Positions 47,801 to 59,807 of a stretch of DNA of 64,000 nt are shown in pieces (within the stretch, counting starts at the first letter, position 1; each line of letters starts with the position of its first letter). The DNA is taken from contig OZ176054.1 in the NCBI GenBank assembly GCA_964247055.1, positions 10,540,001 to 10,604,000 on the forward strand. The letters are read 5' to 3'. Position numbers and translations under genes: made by a program. The notes beneath the pieces were generated by a model. It made no database searches. It had not been told where the DNA came from and was given only the letters and a program-made list of their open reading frames with translations. The stretch comes from Paragordius varius. Its lineage: Eukaryota; Animalia; Nematomorpha.

Positions 47801-50800
47801 GATTGTTCAGGCTTGTCCATACTTACCATTATCATATTTTTAAATATATGATCGTATTAAAATGATATATTTGTAATATAATCTTTTATATTAAACAAAA
47901 TTATATTTTGAAAGATGGAAAAATATCTCATAACTCCTAAATAAATTATTGGATGGCTTTAGTCGTAATATAAATTACTTTACAGTATATAGCTAGGGGT
48001 CGCTTGTAGAATTACTTTGAGTTATTGTATGGTTTTCGAAGACATAATAATAGTGGAAATGATAACGTCTGAAAATATATGAGACAGTTTATGTTATAGG
48101 TTGAATTTTTTTATATTAATCGTTTATTCAATGTGATGCAATGTGATAAATTTACATAAAAATTATGGTATACTGTTTCTTCTGATATATATATGTTCTG
48201 GTCACATAGAAACATGTAACTTACATGATGCCCTAAGCCCTTCACATTTTTTCACACCTCACCTTAGCAATAAGAAAAATAAAGCATTTTGATTTATTAA
48301 TTTAAGTTATTTTTCTTGAAACGTGTTGATATATATCAAAAATCAATTACATTATTAATTAATAATGATAAAATGTTTATCGATTCGCACAAAAAGGGGT
48401 TGTTTAAGTACACGCTGTATTGACGTCAAACACGGCCCATCTAAAACTCTTAAATGTATTTTATATAACAATTAAAATAATATTTATGAATTTCATCATT
48501 TGAAAACCTAATTTTTTTCTCTCTCTCAAAAGTATAAATCTATATATATATATATATAATGTAAATTGTTTCATAAAATATTTATTAAATATAAAATAAA
48601 TTGTTACATAATCGTAATAGTAGCTAAAATAGTACAAATTAAAATATGTACTTTTTTATTTTATTATTATATATCTTTAAATGAAGTTTTTCGACTTTTT
48701 TTCTGAGTGTTAATTAATGCGAAATTTCATTTTTTGATATGTAATGAAAATCTGTACATTTTACATAATTATATAAAAAATAGCCAATAGCAAATTTTTT
48801 TAATATTATAATATGTCCCCAAACCATATTTTATGGTTTGTGATTTAATTAGCATATTATTAAATTACTTAAATTTATACAGAGGCCTCCGCTGGGTAAA
48901 AAATTCAGTTTCATAAAATTAATTTCGAAAAAAACACAAATTATTTAAATAATTCTTTCTTTTATGTAACTGTACTGCATAAAATATATATTTTACGTCT
49001 AAATCATACAACTTTTTGTAATTTAATGCGATTCACTTTTCTAACTATATAATACTAGTCGTCTATAACCTTGACCATGAACAATATATGATACACACAA
49101 TGTATACTCTATTATACTTTTTTTTTATCTTTTAATATTTAATTATAAGTATAATTAAAAATCTCCCGGTTATGTTATATAGATATAAGTTAAAAATGAA
49201 TTAATCTATGCCCATTATTAAATGAGTTCACTACCCTTTAATAGTATTTAAATAAATTATTTCGATCGTAAACTTGATTTGCAGAGTTAACAATTTTTAA
49301 TGATAGTTATGGCAAATTAATCAAATTTTATATCTACAAATGTCTAAAATAAACCTCAATAAAAAAGATAAATAATTAACGTCCTAAAATTATTATATAT
49401 ATTAATATAATAACACATGAGAAAGAGAGAGTACGATGTTTTACATAAATAATTATTTTATACGAAAATGATAAAAAGAGAAAAAAGGAGTTAAAATGAC
49501 TTAAGTCGTCAATCCGCTCACCATATATCCTGCTAGCCAAACCACAGCCATTCAGCTGTAAGTAATAACCCAAGGTCAAGGCCATTTTATATATTACACA
49601 CACACACACACATTCAATTTTGCTGTTATATCATGTCGTTTTTATTTTTGTGTTAGCGAAAAAAAACGTTGTCTTGACTATATTTATATAATGTATGAGA
49701 ATTAATAAGATATTTTTATAAGGACTGCATATTTTATCTATATATATAGTTTATATACTTGAACATATTTATTCTATTGGGGTTTAATATTATTTAAATC
49801 GTAAACTTACTAACAATCCGTTATTTTCCATTTGATCAGGAGATTGATATCTTCTATAAAATCACTAACCAATGATAAAAATTTTATAAATCCACGTGGT
49901 TTGAAGCAGACGATTATAATTATAAAAATTTCCGACATTTTTATAATTAATTTTTTTATATCTTTTGTTCATTTTTAATTGTTTGATAGAAACATATGTA
50001 AACTTACTTTATATCACATTTCTATGTCAAAAATTATCTAAATTTAATTATTTGATTCACAAAGAACTTGTCGGTTATAGAAAAGTAAATTTATTGCAAT
50101 TTGTAATTGAATATTGCCTATGGTTTTATTGCCGATTCCTTCTTTATCTTTTAGGATATTTTTCCTCGATTATACCTTTAATAATACCGTTGATATTGAA
50201 ATATAAAATGCCCATTTTAAAACCTAAGTGCATTATTTGTTTTCAATCGGATTTTGAGGTTATTTAAATAATGACAAACTGTTATAAATACATATATAAC
50301 CAATAAAAATCCCATATAGCTTATAACTAATACCGTTTACTATGTATATTAAAAATATAAACCCCTAAAAAACTCCAAATTTATCTATATTCAAAATTTT
50401 TCTATCCATAATTTTCAATAATTATCCAAATAAAAGTGTAACACCGATATAAAATTCAGTTTTATTTATTTATATACTGTTTGTTTAATATATTGGGATA
50501 TGTAAATAATTAAGTACAATATTAAATTTTGTTTTTTGAAAAATCACAACATTAATCTCTCACGTTAAATTCTCGTTAATCTCAATTTGACTAATTGAGA
50601 TGTTTGGCAATCCTGGCCTATTTTTATATAATACACCTTTTTTAATATTAAGATATGAAGGAAATTGGGATTTCCCCTTTAAAATGATTGAAGAATCACC
50701 TATACACTTAAAAACACTCACCTGAGTTCAAATCTCTCATGTTACAATAATAAATTGCTACATTTTGAACTTTTTTGTTTTTGCTGTTGTTTTTTTCAAA

Positions 50801-53031
50801 AAATATCTGCCATTTTTAAAAGCACAAATAGCTTTTATTGTAATATTATTACAACTCCAAATTTAAAATAGATAAATCATTTATAATCAACTTTATTTAT
50901 AGAGTTAGTGTAATAAGGGTTATTTTAAATTAAATCTTGTTCAAAGGAATATCAAATGTGTTAAGTTTAATAGTTTTTAATATTTCATGACGGGTAGTTT
51001 TATTTCCCAGAGTGATCTGAAAATTTAACATCTTAAAAACTAATTAAGGTATTAAGTCAAATTTAAAATATGCCTGTTTAGCCTTTCAGACGCATAAGAC
51101 AAATTTTTTTTTGAATATTTAAAAATGAAAAAAAATTCTCATCTCAAATTTTTTCGCCGCCATTTTTTTTTTAGATCAAATGTAACGCCTTATACGGTTA
51201 GAAAATGTAAATAATTAAAAAAAGCTTTTGGACTACATTTTACAAGCAAAAACTTGATACATATACATATATTGATTTTAATATACGCTGTTCGTTTCAC
51301 GTGTTTTGGAACCGTCTTAATTTTAGACTCTCAAAACCGTAAAAAATATGAACCTTTTTATCAAATACATGAGAAAACTGTATAATTAAATTTTAACTAT
51401 AATTGCTTGCAGTTTATTTACAAAATTAAGCTGTGGGACACTACTTCAATATGTAAACTAGGACAAAAAACTGAAAAGGTCTTGAAGTGTTAATATAACA
51501 CTTGGTTAGTTATGGCATATGACTTCGCAGACAACATCTTTAGCTCATAAAACCCTTCGTGCCTCATTCAAAAAATATATGGGCATTTATATAAATTTTG
51601 TTAAATATTCCACATAAGACTAAAAAAATGAAAAGAGAATTTTACTATTTATCTTACCAATTTCTAGTTCGTTGCCAAAATTTGGCAAGACTTGATAAGT
51701 TGAAATATCCTAGGATGTGTTTTGTATATTATTGAATTTTGGTTATATTGGGTAGTTTTTCAAAATTTTGCGAACCGCACGGATATATTTTATGAAATAC
51801 AAGTCTTTAATGATGTATCATTATATTTTATTTAATTAATGATAGGTATAGTCGCAATTTTGAATATGTAGATTCGATCAAACAAATATTATATAGCGTT
51901 AATATTGAATTATTTTGGGATAATAAACTTTAAAAAATAAAATACATTTCATTTTTCAAGACCCGAAATTTTTAATATATCGAAATCGTTAATCGCAATT
52001 AGCTTGAACATCTTTTCATTCAGTGCCAACACTTTTTTATACGTAATAAGTTAAGATTAATTCATCCATATACAAAATCTGTCAAAACCTGATTGATAAT
52101 AATTGTTTTTTATTGATTTTAATAGAATTCAATCCGTCACAATCTCTCATTGCATAACCGTTTTATAAGGATACAGAATGAGGGCGCAGGTAAAAGTTCC
52201 TGGTGGATGATAAACCCAGATGCAAAAACGGGTAAAACTATACGCAGACGAGCCGCAACTATGGACAATAATACCACCGCAAATGCAAAACGATCGTCTG
52301 TTCTCACGCAAAATAATGGTAATATGAGCAACAACCTAAAAGTTGGACCAGCTGTTCTTAAGCGAGGTCGTATCCGTAAACGAACCCAAACAATACATGC
52401 GGCTTCAGGCACGTCTAAAACTACACCTTTAAATGGCGGGCCAGTTCCAACTCTTGCGATAAACAAATTGCTACATACGCATAATCGTTTTAATCAAAGT
52501 TATAACAATAATATAAATGATAATTCAATGAGGCCACCTTCTAACACGGGTTATCCTTACAATAATCAAAATTTTAATGGTTATATGCCAAATCAACCCT
52601 CATTTTATACAAATACTAACAATCTTGTTGGCAGTGGTAATATCAATACCTATGAACAAAATGCGAAATCATACATGGAAAGTTATGCTAATACTAAAGG
52701 GAATAACCCACCAACAGCTTATTCCAAACACATGCATTATTACAACTATAACGATACCGGTAATATTTTTAAATTCGGTTTCCTATTAATTTAAACAAAT
52801 CTATAGCTGAACAAAATAGGTTATATGTTTAATCCCTCTAAAAATATATTCATTTTTAAACTGATACGGGTCAAAAACTTAATTAGGATTGTATTTGTTT
52901 AAATGTAGGGTATTTTTCGTTTTTATAAAAAAGCATAAAAATTGATATACGATCTATCAAACCTCATATCGCGCGCTAATGGAAATCCAATTTTTCATGT
53001 TATTATTTTTACATTTTATACGATTGGAGCT

Positions 53032-53073
<42 letters not shown>

Positions 53074-55835
53074 TTATCCCACCCTTTAAATTTTACCTTT
53101 TCCGAACTTATATAAAAGCTTTTATAATTTTTCCTATTTCACACAATTAGGTAATAAGCATTTCAAATCATTGACATCAAACCTTAACATTGATTCGAGG
53201 CAAACGGAACCTAATAAGCAGTTTCTAAATCGTGAACCGAGACCGACAAATTTTAAAGCTTACAATGATCCCTCTCTTTTTCCATCGGATTCCACGGTTC
53301 CTTTCTCAAATTTATCTGAAAATTATTCTCTATCTAAAGCTCAAATGAACAATAACAGTACCCAGAATGGCAACTTAAAATATCATCATAATCAGCTGAT
53401 TAATACTACAGACAAAAGAATGACGGATCTAATGTAATACACATAAATTTTTACTATAGTTTGTCCTTGGAAACATGATTTTTTAAATAGCGTTTTGTTT
53501 TTCATAGTAGTATTAATTGTCGTATAAAGATGCAGAGATTAAATATTAAAATATTATATAACGTAAGAAAATTTTAGACATTGTATTTTGTTTAAATTTA
53601 TTGTTATTACAAATTTTAGTCATGGTTCATTTTACATGACAAACGAAAATGGTCCCATTACAATATACGATCGATCAGCTGTTACCGGTACATGTGATAA
53701 AACCGCAGAAGCGTTTCAATATTCTCAGCATTTATATGAACAAGGTACTATTGTGAATGTTACATCTATTTCCTATAATTGACTTAAAATATAATTTGAC
53801 ATTATTTAAATTATACCTTATGCATAATGCTTTCATTTAAGAAGTGTAATACATTTATAATTACACTTGATCTAATAGATAAAAATCGAAAAATCTAGTT
53901 ATAAAAGGCATACGCCTATTAGTTCACATTGAAAATGTAATTGATAAAAACGAAAAATCTCATACATGGTAAAAATATAGTATAAATCCCCTTTTAGTCA
54001 CACACCAAAGCCTATAATAGATCTGTAAACTGTTTTTAAATACTGGGCCATTTAATTTGGTTCTGCGGACTTTTCAAAATTAAAAATATTTGTTATGTTG
54101 AAAAATCCTTATATGATGCAATCATATTCTTTTGTTGACCGCTTGTAGATACATTTAGAGGGAGAACATCCTCATGCATACCCGCTTTTAACCTTAAATA
54201 TAACAACACCAACAATACAACCAACAATTTTGGGGCTGGGAATATGATAAGCAACGACAATGTGTCAAATTCTCACAATATGCAAAAACTAGAGGCTGAT
54301 ATTATGCCTAATTCTCGAGTTTTTAAAAATACAATAGCTTATGGAGGTGCAAATAGTATAGTAAGCTTGGCAGACCCAAATTATTTTAATAATGATAATA
54401 CAGAACATAATTTAAGAAATTTCTCTAATGCGCAAGGGACCTCTTATTTATCAAGCGACACTGAAAAAACTAATAAGGACAATATTATCCATTATGAAAA
54501 CAATTCTGATCTCAACACAAAAGTAATGTCCAAACCCAATAAACAATCGTTTGATCTTAGTTCGGGTATGAATCAAATAAAGGAACCATATTTCGATAAC
54601 TCAACCTTATCAGGGATAGAAGAATTTGATAACGCCACACCAACTCTAAATAATTTTTTAACTGCCACAGAACCACAGGTAATTACTCATAATTATATTC
54701 TGTAGGCCTGGAATCATGTAAATCAGAATACAATAATAGTTTAAGGGCTGGTTTGTGTTAAAAATAAATTAAGTTTTGAAATCGGAAGGAGGGTGGTACA
54801 TAAAAGTCACAAAACCAATATTTTTGAGAAAGTTGAACAAGAACTAGGCTGAAACCGGTTTATGCTTATATTGTTGGAATTACGGCGGTTTGGTTCCGGT
54901 TATAAGCCTGTAATATAATTTTTTGCGTTAAAAAATGGTATTTTATATTTTGATTGTAGTTTCACAATTTGCAACAACAAATCGTTAGACAATATGCTGC
55001 ATCTGTAATCACAAATGGTCAAGAAGTGCTCCGGAAAAAATCTTTACGCGGCGAAGGAGGTACACAGCCTTTAACCAACGTTCCAATAATCCCCGATTCC
55101 AACACAATGATGGATTATGATAATAAGCATGATAAAAGTCCATTTAACCACACTAATAACGCGGATAATGGTTGTAATACTCAAAAGACTATGATAGATT
55201 CTACCATATGTTGTAATCGGGTGACCTCAACGTCTCCAACATCTGCAGATCAAAATGATACTTCCGCCACATTTGATGAAACTAATTCTAACGATAATGA
55301 CAAAAGTATGGAGTGCATGCCAAAAACCACAACAACTTACAATATGGAACAATACATGGGCCAGGACGATCTCACAAACGATTCCTCCAACCAATCTAAT
55401 CAAACAGTGGGTGAATATAGTTTACTCCGTCAAACGCTCAAAAAACCCATGAATCAAACATACATGTTCAACGGTATTAATCCACACATTCAAGAGCAAA
55501 TTAAAACAACAACCATTAGTGAAAATCAAACCCATATTAACAATAATAATGAGCATATCCATCAGGTTGTTTCGCAAAATAATCAACTATACGGTAAAAA
55601 TCCAAATACCTTGCCCATTAAAAACGAATATTTTGGTTCGGAAACCATGGATTCCAATAACACATGTCATCTTATCTCTCACAATGGTAATAATGATGAA
55701 GACGACGATAACAATCCAATAACTCATGATGTGAATAATGAATATCGTCTGTTCTTTCAAAATACAAACGCGCAAAATTTCACGTGTAATAATCAACAAC
55801 CACAAATATCGTCTGCCTTTCATATCAAATCCTAA
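44888..55835 (+). CDS. FOXO: Forkhead box O transcription factor, 6 exons, ~1703 aa
   Basis: Exons: 44888-47551, 52126-52759, 53151-53433, 53620-53744, 54149-54678, 54960-55835. The total is 5112 nt, with phases consistent. The FOXO forkhead domain [18 protein letters not shown]...SSAGWK|[10 protein letters not shown]...GKSSWW is split by the family-typical intron after WK. Akt motifs are [16 protein letters not shown] and FRGRTSS. The start ATG is assumed to be 44888 (the ORF track starts at a TTG at 44852). Confidence 0.93.
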
Positions 55836-57329
55836 AATTTAAAATTATTATACAAATGTGACATTATAATATTTTTAAAATCCTCTGAATTTTGTGAGCA
55901 GCTCTTTTGCTTATGTGATAAAAAATAGTCAGTTTTTTGCTCCAATTTGCCAGTGTCATCCTCTCTTAATTTAGTCAAAAAACGTTTTCCCCACAGATAT
56001 CTGCTATTTTTTCATTATACATAATCTGAAACGCTAACTTTATAAGCTTAAAATATGTGATTTATTATACAATAACGAGAGCTATCATTTGACATATCGG
56101 TATTTTAATTGGCTAAATCGATTTCAATTTACATATTTGTTGGTATGTAACGATTTTTTTTTAAAATACATAACTATTAAAATGAAAAAGTACACATACC
56201 AGCAAACATGTAAATTAATTACCCTTTTAGTCAATTAAATTATGAAATGGCCATCAATAACTCTGATTACTGTATTTTAATTTTCCTAATATAAATATGG
56301 ATATAGCCTTATATGCTATCATAGTTTTAATTTAGGTTTTTATTATATGTATATAAAAAAAATGGAATATGAAAATTGCTCATATAGATATATATTTATA
56401 TTTGAAAATTATAATAGAACATAATATTTTAAAGTGACATTTTGTTGAAAACAACTATACATCTTCTGTAATCATAACTTCTTTTATGTACTGTTTATGG
56501 TGTTGATTCATTTTTATCATGGAATTATATTAACTTAAAAAAATTTTTAATAGTATATTCATTCGGGCTTTTTTAATACCAATCTCACACACTCATATTT
56601 GAAAATGATTTTTTAAATATTGTCTGATTTATTTTTGACCATATGAACCAAAATGCGCAATTTTTAAAATGACCCACATATATATTATTTTTACCCATAA
56701 TTCATATTTTAAATATATTATTTCTTTGACAATATGGGTGTCACATTCTGCACCTACGCACTTTTATTACATCCGGATTAGTAAAAATTTAATCTGAAAA
56801 TATTGTTTAATTTTAAAAGAATATGATAACAATGTGACCTCTCTTTATAAATGTCCTACTATAAAACAACAATAATAATAAAAATAATAATATTTGTTAG
56901 ATATTTATAGTAAAAATTATGTATGATGAGTATACATAATAATATATTATTTTATTATTATAATAATAAATGTGAATATATCTGTAATTTGGAAAATGTA
57001 TAATCTAAAAAATGACTCTGATTGGCGGAAAAATACATAGCTTACATGAGGATTTTTTGAAATAGAATATTAACCTACTCAAACCTAATAACCCATGGAT
57101 TTATAATGATAGCGCTTAGTAGTGGTTATACTGTAAATATAAAATCAATTTTTATAAAATACTAGCGTGAATCTCGTGCTGCTACGCAGCCCGAGGAAGT
57201 CCTTTGGACTTCTGGGTGGGGGGGCTATTTGAAATAAGGGACAATAAAATGATCCATATATGTGGATTATTTCGAAACATTATTTAATAGATATGATTTT
57301 ATAATAATTTTAAAACGGGGCATTCATAC

Positions 57330-57760
57330 TAATATATTGTTTAATTGGGGGAAAAATAGATTTAAAAAATTATTTTTGTGGACTTTGTTTTTTTAAAAAT
57401 GGCATTTTACGGGGGGGGGGGGGGGGGGGAGCGGGAAAGAGGGCCTAAATTAAAAAAGCGAGACGACTATGTTCGGCGCAATCGAAAATAAGTAAACAAA
57501 AATCATATTTGAAATTGAATGATACAACACGTTATCCAGAAAATTGTCTCAAAGACACGATTTTTGTGGACTTCTGTTTTCAAAAAAAAACCGTTTTTTA
57601 CACGGGGTGGGCCCGAACTGGGGGCCTATTTCAAAAAAGGGCGAACTATTGTCGGGACATTTATTAATGATTATATTTTTCGATATTTGGATTTGATTGA
57701 GTCTACGGGTTTTCCAGTACCAGATCACAAAGCCAGCATTTTCCATTTTATATAGATGAA
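57330..57760. repeat. Interspersed repeat family B, copy 3 (contains a ~19-nt G run at 57411-57429)
   Basis: Reverse complement of 8050-8469; the ORFs overlapping it are shadow ORFs. Confidence 0.8.
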
Positions 57761-58472
57761 CAGCATGAATTAATTTAAAGCAGGGTGGCCAAAACGCGGT
57801 CCGCAAAAGATTTGAAAAATTATAAAATATATAGGATTTCCACAATTATTTCCAAAAATATGCTAACAACCTTTGTAAAATTGAAATATCTAGAACAATT
57901 TTTTACAATTATTTCAATCGGCCAACTAGAAATTGGGTGAAGTATAAGTTATATTTTGTTTGCTTTTTTTACAGTCTTGTTTGAGATATTTTGGTAGTTT
58001 GTTTTAATATTTAAGATGAGGATGCTGTATTTCAGTTAAAATTTAAATTATAATGATAAACCAAAAAGAGACAAAATTTTCTAGTACAACCAAACATCTA
58101 TAAACTATGGAATTACAGCCGTATTTTGCAACTGACAAAGCATAATTTCGAAAATCAAGATATAGATATGCTTGCCCTTTTTTCAAAAATTTAGTTTTAA
58201 TTTTCCTGTATTTTTAAATTTTACCCTAGTTATTCATCCACAACCCCAATAGCATATATATAGATTTCCGTAAAGAAAAAATTTATTTACTTATGATTTG
58301 TATCAATCTTGACTAAATACATAATAATATTGCATGATGGTTGATTATCTCGTTAAATAATTTTCATAGAAAGAGATGGATTTATACGTTTAAATTATGT
58401 ATGAAAATAAAAAATTGCCATAATTTTTCATGATTATATCTAGATACATATTATAAATTATCAAATAATATA

Positions 58473-58503
<31 letters not shown>

Positions 58504-59742
58504 TGTGTAAAAAAACTTGGTCAAAATCGAAATCTAAATCATTGTATAATTTATATAAATATCTATTGGAAGCGTAAGTGTATAACTTTGTTATTAAGTA
58601 ATTAATATGAAGTTCACCAAAAACATTGACTTCTTGAAGATTCTTGCATAGAGATTTGTAAAGTTATAGAGGATAAATGTTAGTTTTCGGATGAGAAAAA
58701 ACAATTTTTAGTTCAACAATTTGAATAAAGTTAGAATTCAGTAAACATATATTGCAAATTTCATGATTAACACATAATATTATTGGTTTAATTAGTAGAG
58801 TAGTTTTGTGAGCTAAAATGTGAAATCATAAACAATATTAATTGGTTTTTGCATTCAATTGATTAATAATTCCATTCTTAAGGGTGTTGTTAAAGTTGTT
58901 AGTTTTTTTCAACAATCAACAAAAGTTATCCTAAAAAGGAATATATATAAAAGTTAGTAACATACACGTATAAATCATTATCTTTGAATTGCCTTTAAAT
59001 TCTTAAATCTTATTTAAAAAAATTTATTCAGAAAAAAAGCTATTTAAAGTAAAAATTTTTTTGAAAAATATTGCAAAAATTATAAACTTTCGAGAGTTAG
59101 TACAAGACTAAAGAAAACACTAGTGTTATTGTTTATAGGGGTGACCTCTTTGCGAAACAACTTTACGAGTTTTACCAATGGCACCTAATATACAATTCAA
59201 ATATATTAAGATAATATAGATTGTAAAAATTTATTTAAATTCTAATTTGCTAATTTAGTATCTATGTTAATACTGAATATAAATATAAAATAAATTTTCT
59301 AACGAGATACTTAAATTAATAAATATTATTTTTTAGTATTGATAAAAAAGGACAAGTTAAATTTGATTAGATAAATGTATCACAGATAAAATTGGAGTAT
59401 TAATTTATAAATTAACAGAGATTTCATATTTTAACCCTGAGTATTGTAAGATATTGAGTATATGAATTTTTTTGTTTTGGAGAACTTTGGATAATATATT
59501 TTGCAGATGGTTTATAAATAAAATATTTTATCGATTTTTTGTCTATCAAAATATAGTGGGTGGTATGAATAAAAGAATAAATGCAAAAATGTGGATATTT
59601 GTTAAAAGCATAGATAGAATTTAATACTAGAGCTAAATCTTTAATATAAATATTTGACTACTTTATTGCAAAAAAAATAAATTTAACTCCTTAACGCGGG
59701 TTCGTTAGTTACAAAAATATTATTAAAAGAATGAAAAACCGA

Positions 59743-59773
<31 letters not shown>

Positions 59774-59807
59774 GAACATTTTTTTTGAAATATTAATTTG
59801 TTAAGCC

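Noticed and set aside
48421-48428. Perfect CRE palindrome TGACGTCA in the FOXO intron
   Set aside because: A single 8-mer, with rough chance expectation of a few tenths per window and no conservation data.
57160-57200. ACTAGC...GCTGC-TAC-GCAGC as a Helitron/Helentron end
   Set aside because: Only a 5-bp stem, and no second copy or partner end was found.
57519-57845. ORFs 57519-57755 and 57549-57845
   Set aside because: They lie within repeat family B, whose other copies do not keep the frames.
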